Below the pieces are notes generated by a model. It was not told the origin of the DNA and searched no databases. It saw only the letters and a list, made by a program, of their open reading frames with translations. Shown here one piece after another: positions 27,052 to 41,035 of a DNA stretch of 64,000 nucleotides (within the stretch, counting starts at the first letter, position 1; every line of letters starts with the position of its first letter). This DNA is from Octopus vulgaris (Eukaryota), in contig OX597827.1 in the NCBI GenBank assembly GCA_951406725.2, positions 8,742,001 to 8,806,000 on the forward strand, written 5' to 3'. A program made the position numbers and the translations under genes.

Positions 27052-27305
27052 ATGCCGGTGGCACGTAAAATACACCAATCCGACCATGGCCGTTTGCCAG
27101 CTTCGCCTGGCACCTGTGCAGGTGGCACGTAAAAAGCACCCACTACACTCACGGAGTGGTTGGCGTTAGGAAGGGCATCCAGCTGTAGAAACATTGCCAG
27201 ATAAGACTGGAGCCTGGTGCAGCCTTCTGGCTTCCCAGATCCCCAGTCGAACCGTCCAACCCATGCTAGCATGGAGAACGGACGTCAAACGATGATGATG
27301 ATGAT
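27052..27305 (+). mobile_element. RTE-like LINE 3' end
   Basis: Same family as 3935; (GAT)n tail. Confidence 0.75.
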
Positions 27306-28387
27306 ATTTTATACTCTATTGTTGAATTATACTATTATTATTATTATTATATTGCTATTGCTAATGTTGTGAGTTGGCAGAGTCATCAGAGCATCTAGTT
27401 GAATGAGTCACTGTATATCTTCCAGTTTTTTACCTTCTCAGCTCATCTCCTATTGAGGTCATTTTTGAATTTCATCATTCTGGGGACAATAAAATAATGC
27501 ACCAGACCAGCATTAAGGCCAATGGTATCAACATACAACTTTCGTTCAGAATTGCTGGTTTTGTGCTTAAATCAGAAACAATCATAGCTATTTACTGGCT
27601 GAATCTTGGGAACAGTGTTGTGTGAGTACCTTTAAAAGGCCTCTCATGACTGGTGAGATGGATGCACTTGATATACTTAACGTTTCTCTTAAGCAGCTGT
27701 AAGTTGATGGTTGCTGGAAAAATAATAATATGCAGAGGGGGAATTCCAGAGATACCAATTTTAAAAGTCATTAATAATTTACTGGGTTTGATATAATTGA
27801 CAAGACCCCTCAAATTTCTAGGCACATGCCCTAGGAATTTAGCTATAAATTGCCAGAGTTGCTGGAGTATCAGGTAGAATACTTTACAGTATTCATACCA
27901 GCTTTTTGTAAATGCATACCACATTTGGGTATTCAGTTCATGGTCATAAGATCATGAGTTCAATTCTCAGTAGCATGTTGCATCCTCAAACAAGACACTC
28001 TATTTCGTGTTGCTCCAGTCCACTCAGTTGGCAAAAATGAGTTGTACCTGTTATTCAAAAATCCAGACTTGTCACATTTTGCTTCATGCTGAATCTCCCT
28101 GAAAGCTATATTAAGGGTATATGTGTCCGTGGAGTGCTCAGCCACTTGTACATAAATTTCACAAGCAGGCTGTTCAACTGGAACACTTGTCATTATAACC
28201 AATGGAGTAACAAAGCCAGTTCTTTACATTCCCAGTTCAAATCTTGCTGAGATCAATTTCACTTTTTATCCTTATGAGGTTAATAAAATGAAGTACCAGT
28301 TAAGTACTGGGTTGAATAAACTGACTAGACTATGCCCATCCCCTCAAAACTACCAGCCTTCTGCCTAAATTGGAAATAATAATTAAG

Positions 28388-29088
28388 GATTCTTAGGCTG
28401 AGGGGAAGTGTACATTTGGAGGCATTGTGAGCTCAAGGAAGGGAAGCAAATATCCAGTGGGTGCTATGAGGTAAGGGATATTTTGAAGGGTCCTAATATT
28501 TTTTAAAATGTATTTAAACCAGATGCAATATTTATATTTTAAAAATATTCTTCACAAAAATATTCTTCGTTGGGTTTAATAATTAAGGACAGAGGATTAA
28601 CACAATCATTAGAATGTCAAACAAAATGCCTTGTGCGCATTAGCCTTGAGAATGGGAATATTTCTTTATTCACATAGTGATGTGTAAAATTATACCAGCA
28701 ACTGATAGGATAGAAATTTTGCAGATTTCAGTTGTTGGCTTGCAAGCATCATTATAATAATGATAAAAAAAAAGTTATATCATTTTTTTCAAAGCAAAGT
28801 GAATAAATTCAAGTTATGTTTATTATCACTCATATAAAAATGACAGGTGACATGAAAGTGGTTTCTATTGCTTTACATCATCAATCTATGTCCACGATTC
28901 TTAGGCTGAAGGGAAGTGTACATTTGGAGGCATTGTGAGCTCAAGGAAGGGAAGCAAATATCAAGTGGGTGCTATGAGGTAATGGATATTTTGAAGGGTC
29001 CTAATATTTTTTTTAAATGTATTTAAACCAGATGCAATACTTATATTTTTAAAATATTTTTCACAAAAATATTCTTCGTTGGGTTTAA
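28388..29088 (+). repeat. ~190-bp local direct duplication (28388-28579 and 28896-29088)
   Basis: Near-identical sequences. The first copy is flanked by TAATAATTAAGGA at 28377-28389 and 28577-28589. Confidence 0.9.
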
Positions 29089-30094
29089 AATGTGAGTTGG
29101 ACATAGTTTTATCAGTGAGCATAAATATGGCTGGTGATAGACCAGAGCTCAAAAGTAGCTTGTGTTTGGTTAAAACATTAAAATAATCTGATAGTCTGCT
29201 AAGGGATTTTTTTTTTCAGTAAGGGCATTTGTAAAATGCCATTCAGAAAAAGGAGGTATTGAACTACAAATGTAAGTGAACCACTGCCCTAAGGCAATAA
29301 TAATCTAAATAACAGGGAGATCATCGTCATCGTTATTGTCATTTAACATCTACCTTCCATGCTGGTATGGATTAGACAGTTTGACTGGAACTGGTAAACC
29401 AGAGAGTTGAACCAGGTTCCAGTTTGATTAAGCATGGTTTCTATGGTTGGATGCCCTTCCTAATGCCAACCATTCCAAGAGCATAATTATTGGCATGAAA
29501 AAAATTGCTAAGTTTCTGTTAATATATTTAATTCAGGGAGCCTTTGATTTGCTGATGAGATCCTGAAAAAAGCTGAAACACGTCCAAATAATTAGCTCGA
29601 CAAGTATTCTTTATGGTTTAATCAGAGGGAGCATAGGGGATCAATGGCTCTTTCTAGATCCTCTGATACTAGCAAGAAGAAGGGAATAAGTTACCTTCAG
29701 ATTGGAACCAACTGCATTAAATATGTTGAACTAGAATAATACTCTAACACTAAATTCCATTTGCAAAGTTTATGATTTTAAGTATTGCTGCACAAATACA
29801 ACCCCACACATATGTGCTCAAAGACATACATCAATCCACTCAGGAATGCATGCACAAAACCATTTGATACAAACAGTATGTATTTATAGACCAGTTCTTG
29901 TAAAAGCAATTATTTTTTAATAAATTTAACTTGAGAAACATGTGCTCTGTTAAACAATATCAGTTATCATGAATAACAATATTTCCTAAGTTTAAAAATT
30001 GTGTACATACACAAATGTTTTGTTTATTTTGCTTTAAATACTTTCAGTTCTGAACAATATTTATACACACACATGCATATTTTAGCCATCTATC

Positions 30095-30137
<43 letters not shown>

Positions 30138-30196
30138 ACATACACACACACATATACACAAATGTATATATACATATATATATAATATATTTATCT

Positions 30197-30274
<78 letters not shown>

Positions 30275-30828
30275 TCACACATACACACATGCACACATAT
30301 ATATACAGGTACATACATATGGATATAAAATTAGTAACCATTATTATTACATTATTACTTATAGTTTACTAATTTACAGATGTTGAATGTGTCTGTGTCT
30401 AAGTGCATGTGTGTGTGAGTGTGTATAAGCGTGTGTGTACGTGTGTGAGTATGTGTTTGTGTGTGCGTGTGCTTCTGCATGTACATGTGCACACGTGCAT
30501 GTGTGTAGCATCAGTAAATTAGCAAAATTATAGTAATAATTATTGAGGAATAAATTTAAGAAATTTTTAAACAAATCATTACTAATCTTTTAACACAAAT
30601 ATCATTCAATATACTGAAATGCAGACTTTAATTAATTAAAAATCACAAGAAGGAAAGAAAACGATACAATTAACTGTATAAGCTACAACTAAAATATATG
30701 ATATAATATTTATTTTGTTATTGTTTTAAAAGACATATCAGCAGGAATTACAACCAATTACTTATACAAACATTATTAAAGTATAGATATATCAGAAACG
30801 ATGTTAGAGCTATGAAATTAATAAAAAT

Positions 30829-33246
30829 TTATTTACTTACAGGAATATTTCCACTGGTAAGTGTTTGACAGTGGATCTCAATTGAAGGATCCCGGAGTTT
30901 TTGGCTTGATTTATGTTCTAAGGAAAGATTTCCTCTAGACCACATGTGAGGCAGATCTTCTTCTTTGTCAATGTTTTGTAAGACATCAGGGCTCTCATGA
31001 ATAGATGATACTTGCTTTGCGCAAGAATATTCTGATTCGGTATTCCTGCCCACGTGGCGTTTCTGTGGATCTGTTCTGAATATATGTTGATTGCCTTGTA
31101 GATTGTTTCTTCTGACAATGCAGATAGTTATGGAGACAACCAGTAATACCGACACTGTCACCGCAGCAACAATTATTATAATGAATAGATTAATATGTAT
31201 TTTGTCATCAGATTGTAAATTAACTGCAGTAAATTTTGTTGAAGATTTGTTACTTACAGTCAATGTCAAAGACAGAGTAGTTGTTGCTGATAAAACTGGT
31301 GTACCACTGTCTTTGACGAAGAACTTGAGTGCATATGATCCAGCATCGTTTTGGTAAACTGTACGAGAAAAGGACAAGACTCCAGTGTATGGATTCACTG
31401 AAAACAATTGTCTATTGTTACCTTTCATTATTCCATACTTTAGAAAGGCATTCTGCCGAATATCTCTGTCTGAAGCTCTTAATGTTGTTATATCATTGCT
31501 GCTCTGAGGTTGGTAGTAAACATCAAGGCTGAAAGGATCCACACTTGGAAAGACAAAATAGGGTGCATTGTCATTTTCATCCATAACCTCGACAATAACA
31601 TTTGCTGTATCATTTAATGAAGGGATTCCGTTGTCCTTTACTAAAACTTTGAATTTATAAATACTCTGCTGCTCCCGGTCTAATGATTGTTTTGCCAAAA
31701 TAAATCCATAGTCAGAAATTTCGAAAGGAAGAACATGCTGGGTACTGCTAAGTAAAGCATATGTAAGGTCTCCACCAATCCCTAAGTCAGGATCTGTGGC
31801 ATTAATGAACCCAACAGGGAAATTAGACTTTTCGTTTTCATATGTTAAAAATTTGAATGTTTCTTTTGTGAATTGTGGTTTTACATCATTGACATCAGTT
31901 ACTTTGAGTGAAAACTCATGTTCAGTTTTCAGAGAAGGAGTTCCTCTGTCACTGCAAGTTATTGTGAAATTTATTCTACTTTCACTTTCTCGATCAACAG
32001 TCTGCTTTACTGATACTTTGTATCTTTTCTGACCAAGACTCTGAAGAGTGAACTTATTATGCTGGAGGTCACATGTCACTTGTCCATTCAAACCAATATC
32101 ATTGTCGACAACTTTCACATATGCAATGAAGCTGCCAACTTCCATCGCTTCAGATATTGTTGCTGTGTTTCCAGTTAATTCTGAGAAATTTACTTCAATC
32201 ACTGGAGCATTGTTATGTTTATTGATAATATTTACCACAACTGTTACAACAGAGCTCAGAGGAGGACTGCCATTATCTCTGGCTTCGATAAATAGTTTAT
32301 AAGTTTGTTTCTTTTCTGGTTTAAATTTTTTGAGAAGAAAGATTTCTCCAGTATTTTTATTTATTTCAAAAAACGATTTTGCTCTCTCAGATGTCATGGA
32401 ACTAAAATAGTATGATACGTTTCCATTTTTACCTGAATCTAAATCAGTAGCTGACAAGATAAGAACTGGTATCTCTTTTGCTTGTCTGTTATTCACTGTA
32501 ATATTGTAAATGTCTTGAGAAAATATTGGTGGATTGTCATTTTCATCTGTAACTGATATTTGAACATCCAAAATACCATGTTTTGATGGAGTACCCCCAT
32601 CTTTAGCAATTATTTGTAACATATAAATGTCTTTTATTTCTCTATCTAACTTATTTTCTAATGTTATACTTAGAGAGTAAGAACTGTCGACTCTTCTAGA
32701 AACAGCTAAAGTGAATGGGTCATCTTCCTCTTTTATTAATTCATAAGAAATTTGTGAATTTAATAAATGAACATCTCTATCTACAGCATTTGGTATAGAA
32801 CGCATTGTTCCTCTGCCATCTGTTTCATCAAAGTTTATATTTACTTCATTATCTGGAAAAATTGGTTCATTATCATTAATATCTTCTATAATAACCTTCA
32901 CCTCTAAAATTTTGGCAAACGATTTTCCTTTTCTCACAGCAATATCGACCATGACTGAGCACTCAGTATTATACTTACAGAGGGACTCAGCATCTAGTGA
33001 CTTGGCTGTGTAAAGTCTTCCAGTTTTAGAAACATTAAACAATGAGTTTCCTATCTTATCTTCCTGGAGTTGGCTAAACCATATCAAGTTATGATCTTTC
33101 GATGAAATGCTCTCCATGAATCTAGTATCTATGCCTAAATCGCCAAAATATATTCCTGGATTTTCATTTTCATTTACATGGTATGTAAAATCTACACATT
33201 CATAGGAATGCAAGCAAAACAGCAACATACACACCAGAATTAACAT
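30829..33246 (-). CDS. Pcdh: Protocadherin, large ectodomain exon (signal peptide, EC1-EC6, TM, partial cytoplasmic tail); probably spliced at the donor after 30841
   Basis: 805-aa ORF with hydrophobic N-terminus, EC1 C-x5-C (CKYNTEC), repeated DxNDNxPxF/LDRE/DxD cadherin motifs and a TM helix (INLFIIIIVAAVTVSVLLVVSITICIV, ~31115-31195). It ends CCT|GTAAGT (phase-0 donor at 30840). Family-level call only; no specific orthologue assigned. Confidence 0.96.
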   Translation of the reverse strand: MLILVCMLLFCLHSYECVDFTYHVNENENPGIYFGDLGIDTRFMESISSKDHNLIWFSQLQEDKIGNSLFNVSKTGRLYTAKSLDAESLCKYNTECSVMVDIAVRKGKSFAKILEVKVIIEDINDNEPIFPDNEVNINFDETDGRGTMRSIPNAVDRDVHLLNSQISYELIKEEDDPFTLAVSRRVDSSYSLSITLENKLDREIKDIYMLQIIAKDGGTPSKHGILDVQISVTDENDNPPIFSQDIYNITVNNRQAKEIPVLILSATDLDSGKNGNVSYYFSSMTSERAKSFFEINKNTGEIFLLKKFKPEKKQTYKLFIEARDNGSPPLSSVVTVVVNIINKHNNAPVIEVNFSELTGNTATISEAMEVGSFIAYVKVVDNDIGLNGQVTCDLQHNKFTLQSLGQKRYKVSVKQTVDRESESRINFTITCSDRGTPSLKTEHEFSLKVTDVNDVKPQFTKETFKFLTYENEKSNFPVGFINATDPDLGIGGDLTYALLSSTQHVLPFEISDYGFILAKQSLDREQQSIYKFKVLVKDNGIPSLNDTANVIVEVMDENDNAPYFVFPSVDPFSLDVYYQPQSSNDITTLRASDRDIRQNAFLKYGIMKGNNRQLFSVNPYTGVLSFSRTVYQNDAGSYALKFFVKDSGTPVLSATTTLSLTLTVSNKSSTKFTAVNLQSDDKIHINLFIIIIVAAVTVSVLLVVSITICIVRRNNLQGNQHIFRTDPQKRHVGRNTESEYSCAKQVSSIHESPDVLQNIDKEEDLPHMWSRGNLSLEHKSSQKLRDPSIEIHCQTLTSGNIPVSK

Positions 33247-34885
33247 GTCTTAGAAGATCGTATCAAAGAGTTGAATGCAACAGCTTCAGTAAGAATGGTT
33301 ATTCTAGACAGTGTTCATATATTTGACAATAACATTGAATTCTGTAGTATCTAAATCAAGTGAACAGATTCTACTACATAATAACCTGGCGTGATTGGAT
33401 CCTATTATTCTTATGGCATTCATTAATATAGAGTAAAACTTTAAAAAAAAACATCTATCCACTCATACACACATATATATATATAAATATATATATATAT
33501 AGGAATGCAAGTATGTATATGTTGCCTTGCACTCATAAATAATATGAATCTGTCACTGACATGCACTCACACATACATATGTTATGTATGTATATGCATA
33601 CGAGTATGTATATATATATATATCTTATGTATATCTTTAATATATATATATATCTTATGTATATCTTATCTCTAATATATATATATATATAGATATATAG
33701 ATATATATATATAGTAATTATAGGAACAGATCATGAAATATACAACAATGGAGGATATCTGCTCTGAAAATTGCTATCAACATTGATTTTCTTGTAAAAT
33801 ACTGTATTCCGAGGCTAATTTTCCTGCAAAACGTTGCATGATTTAATCTTAGTTGGTACTTGTGTGACCCTGATTATTCTTAGTCACAATATACTGCAGG
33901 AAGACATCTCTCATTACCAGAGCAGTGAATGAATGCTGCTTTCAATATTCTACATATTTCACCTTACAGATATTATCGGCGTTTTAAGCACCCATTTACT
34001 TGATATGTTTCAGAAGCTGGACAATTGGGAGCAGAGCACCATGGCTGAAACTAATTTCATTTGCAATGTCTTCTGACATGAAGCATCAATCACAACCAAT
34101 AAGTTCATCCACATTGTTACACAGGCACATGATTTTCCCATGAACTCCCGATATGCCGCTTAGCATGCATACATTGTCTGGCTACTTTAAGTGTCTCTAA
34201 AAACATGTACTTGCTTCTTCGATCCAAATACAAATACTCCATGGTTCTCTTGTCTTTGTCCATAAATTGTAATTTTGCTCATTCTTTCTTTCCTTCTGTT
34301 GAATGTATATATATTTATTTATGCATACATAAATATATGCATGTATGTATACTATATATATGTGTGTTTGTGTGTGTATGTGTGTAGTGTAATGTAATAA
34401 TATTTTACTATAAGTATCTATGTATCTGTGTATGAATTGGTGTGTGTGTGTGTGTGTGTATTTTTGCACAAAATAACAGATGCTTGCTTGTTGTTCGTTA
34501 TACGAACAACTTTCCCAAGAGTAATGACATCCTATGGTTTACAAAGTGACAACAAGAGGTAATCACCCAATGAACGTGGAATGCAAGGGTGCCAATTTAT
34601 ACTGCCGCATCATGAATGTATTCCTGAAATGAAAGGTATAGAGATACATTAACCCAGTTAACAGAGATTTACAGTAAGGAAGTATTCACTCTCTGTAATG
34701 AAAATACATCAATGTTGCACAGTTTGCTTCCAGTAAAATTGAAAGCTAACGGTGTCTGATTTGTTATTTGACTATTTATTCATTTTTTTTATTTATTTAT
34801 TTCTGTTTTTTTTTGTTATTTCTTATTTATTTATTTATTTATTTTTTCTGTATAATGGAAGAGGTCACTATAAAGATTATATGTA

Positions 34886-34929
<44 letters not shown>

Positions 34930-35266
34930 CTTTACCACTATTGTAATAGAAAGAACAATAGCAACCATAAATATCAGGGAAACAGCAACAAAAAAAAAAC
35001 AAAAAAAAACACACACACTAAAAGGAAAGGTGGAGAAAGAAGAAAGAGAAATGAAATAATTTATAAAAAAAAATACAAAACATAAACAGAATAACAGAAT
35101 AAGAGAATGAAATTATCAAGTATAAAGTATATGCAATAAAGTATTTTTTTGAAGGAATCCTTTTATATGTATATATTGTTGCCATTGCTGTGTGTATCTG
35201 TCAGCCTTATATGAAAGCCTACATATATGTGTGTGTGTGTGTGTATCCTGCAATACACGTCATAAA

Positions 35267-35309
<43 letters not shown>

Positions 35310-35481
35310 TATTGTATGTGCATTTTGATGTCTGAGTATCCAATATTACTTATACAGAGATGAGAGAATAACATATGTTCTTTCATATTTCTAAATGCCA
35401 GGGTCTGTGTGCTTTCATCAAGAAAATAGAAGTTGTTTAACAGGGGGTGTACATATCTTAACAACAACAAAAGAGAACCTA

Positions 35482-35613
<132 letters not shown>

Positions 35614-36147
35614 GTATATATATATGAAAATAAAAAGCAAAAATATAAATGAAAGAAAGAAAGAAATGAAAATAACAACATTCTATTCTTCCGATAATAG
35701 ATATTACAAATGAAATAGCAAGGACAAACCATTGACAAAAATCAGAAAGGAATCTTTCAGCTAAACAAGAACCAGAGCGAACATGAATCTAGATCGTATT
35801 GATTGTATATCATTACAGCCCTTCAAACTAGCTTAGCTTATCGTTGAATTTGTCCTGATTTTTTTAGGTCAGATAATGTTCACTTTGATCCGCAGATACA
35901 AAACTAATCAAGTAAATCCATAAACCCATTCTTTCTACTTAAACTAACAGAACCATCAAAACCCGAAACTCTTTGTGAGCGTGTGTGTGTGTGTGTGTAT
36001 GTGCCCACATTCATGTGTGTATGCATGTGTATGATTGCATTTGTGTGGGGTGGGCAAGCAGGTGAATAAGAAAGGGAGAGTGAAAGAGAAAGACATAGAG
36101 TTAAAGAAGAGACATCTATCTATCAATCTATCTATCTATCTATCTAA

Positions 36148-36195
<48 letters not shown>

Positions 36196-36394
36196 ATATA
36201 TATATACAGAGATAGAGAGATAGATGGATAGATAGATATGTCAGTATGGAAGGCAGACAATGGATAATGATGATGATGATGATATCTATATATGTATTTA
36301 TGCATATATGTCCCTCATATATTTCTATGGATATGTGTCTATGTGTGTGTATATCTAAACATTCATATTTATCATATATATATATACATATACA

Positions 36395-36536
36395 CTTAGC
36401 GGTTCGGCAAAAGAGACCGATTGAATAAGTACTGGGCTTACAAAGATTAAGTCCCGGGGTCGATTTGTTCGACTAAAGGCGGTGCTCCAGCATGGCCGCA
36501 GTCAAATGACTGAAACAAGTAAAAGAGTAAAAGAGT
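36395..36536 (+). mobile_element. SINE-A 3' half
   Basis: Matches the SINE-A tail region. Confidence 0.85.
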
Positions 36537-37624
36537 ATATATATATATACATATATATGCGTGTGTGTGTGTGTAATATATATTATACATTAAATTATTT
36601 TATATTATGTTATGTACACAGTTATGGATATATATAAGTATATATGTGTCTATATACATATAATGCATTAAAAGTATATATGTATATGATATAGATATAT
36701 ATACACATGTACATTATATACTAAGATTATACCTAATCTGTTTATTTTTTTCTCTCTCAGATCAGGTGGAACATAAAGAGAGAAAGAATTTGCAACAGAA
36801 ATAAATATGGTACAAAAAGAAGTAAAAAAAAAAATAAACATTGATATATGAATCGAGTTAAGTGTTTAACTTGTTTTTTTTTTTTCTGGGGTTCTGAGCT
36901 CTTTTAGCTAATCTCAATTACTTTTGTTTCTTTGACTGATCCTTATTCATCTTTCATCAACTACCAGCTTAAAAAAGTTAGGACCTTTACATATTTTCTA
37001 AACATGCCAGCAATAGTAACAAAATCTCACATGAACTGCATTTCACTTTCTTAAAAATAAGACACCATTGAATATTTAAGTCCATGATGAACTTCTGAAA
37101 AAGCGATGAAGTAATCCTGAGCTAACTACCCTTAATTTGTATTTAACACAATACAGGAACATATATAGTCACAGAAATTACTAGAAACAACTATGTGTCC
37201 TTAGTACCACATACTACTATTGTAAAGATGAGAAATCATTAAATATTAGTGTACTTTTAGACATACTATCCTGGAAAGAGGATAGTGACATGGTCATAGC
37301 TGGAATGTCTTTGAGCATAAGTCTGTGCAATCAGAGTTGACCTGGCCTTTGGTTAAATAGCAATTTCAACAACTGTCTTCTAGTTTTCTTATTGGCTATA
37401 TTAAATATATATCAGTTATACAGAAACCTTTTCTCTCTTCTAAAATTAATGAATGTACCAAAATTAGCATTTTATTCCAAGAACTGAAACTTCATTCAGA
37501 TGTAAAATTGTGAATTGGGAAGCTTTGCATCATTGTCTGATGTATTAACACTAGCAGAGCCCTTAGCCAACCCAGTGTTTCGCACACTTGAGATGAGCAA
37601 AATGTTAAGAAAACATTGCATTCA

Positions 37625-38015
37625 GGCGCAGGAGTGGCTGTGTGGTAAGTAGCTTGCTTACCAACCACATGGTTCCAGGTTCAGTCCCACTGTGTGGCAT
37701 CTTGAGCAAGTATCTTCTGCTATAGCCTCGGGCCGACCAAAGCCTTGTGAGTGGATTTGGTAGACGGAAACTGAAAGAAGCCTGTCGTATATATATATAT
37801 GTGTGTGTTTGTGTGTCTGTGTTTGTCCCCCTAGCATTGCTTGACAACCGATGCTGGTGTGTTTACGTACCCCGTCACTTAGCGGTTTGGCAAAAGAGAA
37901 CAATAGAATAAGTACTGGGTTTACAAAAGAATAAGTCCCGGGGTCGAGTTGCTCGACTAAAGGCGGTGCTCCAGCATGGCCGCAGTCAAATGACTGAAAC
38001 AAGTAAAAGAGTAAA
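37625..38015 (+). mobile_element. SINE-A, full length
   Basis: Runs from the GGCGCAGGAGTGG head to the TAAAAGAG tail. Confidence 0.9.
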
Positions 38016-38619
38016 CGAGAGAAAAGAGAGTGATTTGCAAGTGCATAAGATTCTCTAGGGAGGAATGTACAGAAAAAAAAAATTATTGATGAATCTTTAA
38101 TTTCACTCATCGATAGATATGTAAATTACATTTAGCTACAGTTTTCCCTCATCGTTTTCTTTAGAGAAATTTCTTCAGTGGAAGTTTCAGATTTTGAATA
38201 TAGGTAAAACATCACTCATATTCTGCAGTATCACCCAGGAATTCTGCATCTCTGTCAGCTGAAAACCTTGATATAAGAGTGATAGCTACCTTAACTTTAG
38301 AAATAATTTGAGATTGTGCCAGTCATCATATCCAATTATGGCTAAAAGCTGATCTTATATGAAATAGTTCCCTCAGCTTTAATAAATACATTTTATAACA
38401 AAGTTGTAGTTGCTGAAGTCACACCTAATTTGCAGTTGTTTGTTGGTGTTACTTCCATTAATTGACCTGAGTATAAGTCATACCACTTTTCCTTGATTTT
38501 AACTGAAAAGTTGAGAAGTAATTTATATAAGGGGTTAACCAAAAACTATGAGGGGAAAAATTTCACACTGTGATTTAACTCTAAATAAGGGGTGAGACTT
38601 ATATATGTGTGTGACTTAT

Positions 38620-38928
38620 CACCGTGATCACCGTGATCGACCAGGCTATCAGATGTTGTTATACATCGCTGGTCACAATGCACTTCGCATTGTTTTAGCC
38701 TTCAAATGACGCCACCTCGCTGGCTAAGCGAGCAGGCCAACAGAAGAAAGAGTGAGAGAAAGTTGTGACGAAAGAGTATAGCAGGGATCGCCACCACCCC
38801 CTGCCAGAGCCTCGTGGAGCTTTAGGTCTTTTCGCTCAATAAACCCTCACAACGCCCGGTCTGGGAATCGAAACCGCGATCCTACGACCGCAAGTCCGCT
38901 CCCCTAACCACTAGGCCATTGCACCTCC
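38620..38928 (-). mobile_element. SINE-B variant with a third tail type
   Basis: 13-bp TSD GTGTGTGACTTAT (38607-38619, 38929-38941) and (ATCACGGTG) tail repeats. Confidence 0.85.
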
Positions 38929-40399
38929 GTGTGTGACTTATACACAAGTAAATATGCTAAGTCCTAGACTTCCATTATAACTCAGTTCACATCTAGAATG
39001 CCTTAAATCGCCACCGGTATTTGACTGATTGTTATTCTCTGTAGACCCTACAAGGATGAAAGAAAAAGAGCTTGACCCCCCCAAAAAGATTGGTACGCAG
39101 AACATAAAGGGTCATTACTAAATACAACAATTATTTTTACCAATGCCTTAACAATTCTACCTGTTCTGAAATATTAGTGGAAAACTGACTCAAATTCAAA
39201 ATAACACTGAGATGAACAAATGACAGATAATAACTTTGAATAAAATTCATTTAAAAAAATCAGGAATCTACTTGAATAAATATTATATTTGTAAGCATAG
39301 TTTTCCAAACCAGTTTAGGTTTCATAACAAACTATCTTCATTTTAGTAATACTTAAGCTCTCATTCAGCTTTATAATAAGACTGACCAAATTTCCCTTTC
39401 AGTGGATATTTTAGTTTCATATTCATATTAAAGTGAGTATGAAAATATTTTAAGCAATTTAATTAAAGCCAAATACTAATACATTAAAACTCACTTCATA
39501 ATCTAACCCACTTGATGCTACATTTTATTCTGTGCTGCAAGACCTTTCAGTCTAAAATATTCCCATATAAGTTAATACATTCCACATTAGTATGTTAAGA
39601 CATTTTTCACTTTATTTTCCAAACATAAACTTAAAATTAAAAACAACAGGTATTGACTAAGTGTCTACAAATTCTTTATTACCAAAATTAACTGAAATGC
39701 ATGGACAGGGTATTTTCACCAATTGTATAATCACAAACTACTAAACAGCTTAATTTGAAATAAGATAAAATCTTCAGTAAAACAGTTTTAAACAAGATTA
39801 GCAATACTACTTGTTACTAGAGCATAAGATGGTCAGTATATAAATGTTTTGTATACCAAACATATCAAACTAATATCTAATTATGCTGCAAAAAATATTC
39901 TACTTCACCCAAAGCATTCTAACAGAAAAATATGAGACAAATTACTAAACTGCTAAAAGACCCCCAAAACTTTTCTTATAAAAAAAAAGAAATAATAAGA
40001 AAATGGTGATTTAACAATTTTCAAGTTTTATAGACTGGAAATAGTTAAAGTGTATTAAAATTAAATAGTTAGCAAAGTAAATGAGATAGCTTAATTCTGA
40101 ATAGTCAAACTTCTATGTACAAAAACTTTAGGCAAAAGAATATATTTATGGTAATTTGAAAGCAAGCCACTACTCTGAATTAAAGAAAATGTGTCTATGT
40201 TCATACATGTACATATGTATTGAGATGATAATAATGATAATATATCTGTATGTACATGAGTGGGCATATGTGTATATATGCGGTGTGTGTGTGCATACAT
40301 ATAGTCATATATATATATACATCAGCATTATTTATATGTATAAACACACACCTATACATTTAGATGTCTGTATGTGTGTATTTATATTTAGATATGTGT

Positions 40400-40424
40400 G
40401 TATATATATATATATATGTATATA

Positions 40425-40489
<65 letters not shown>

Positions 40490-40570
40490 ACACATACATA
40501 TATATGTACATACATAATATACTTGAATACACATTTGCCCAGTAATATGCAAGCACATATACACATATGC

Positions 40571-40617
<47 letters not shown>

Positions 40618-40658
40618 TATATATATATACATATATATTACATACATATATATACATC

Positions 40659-40690
<32 letters not shown>

Positions 40691-40768
40691 CATATACATA
40701 TATGCATGTGTATATATGTATATGTGTGTATGTATATATGTGTGTATGTATGTATCTATGTATCTATG

Positions 40769-40813
<45 letters not shown>

Positions 40814-41035
40814 ATACATATGTATATACATATATGTATATATATATATATACATATAGGTATATACATATGTATATATACATATATATATCCACACACA
40901 TATATATGCATATACACATATATACGTATACACATGTACATATATACGTATATATGTATGCATTGATATACACATACATATTACAACCCATCAAAGACAA
41001 CCCATTAATTTATATATATAAATATATATATATAT
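40400..41035. repeat. (TA)n/(TG)n/(CA)n low-complexity tract
   Basis: Direct inspection. Confidence 0.95.

Noticed and set aside
31091-32302. Plus-strand ORFs overlapping the protocadherin
   Set aside because: Antisense shadows of the coding frame with no independent support.
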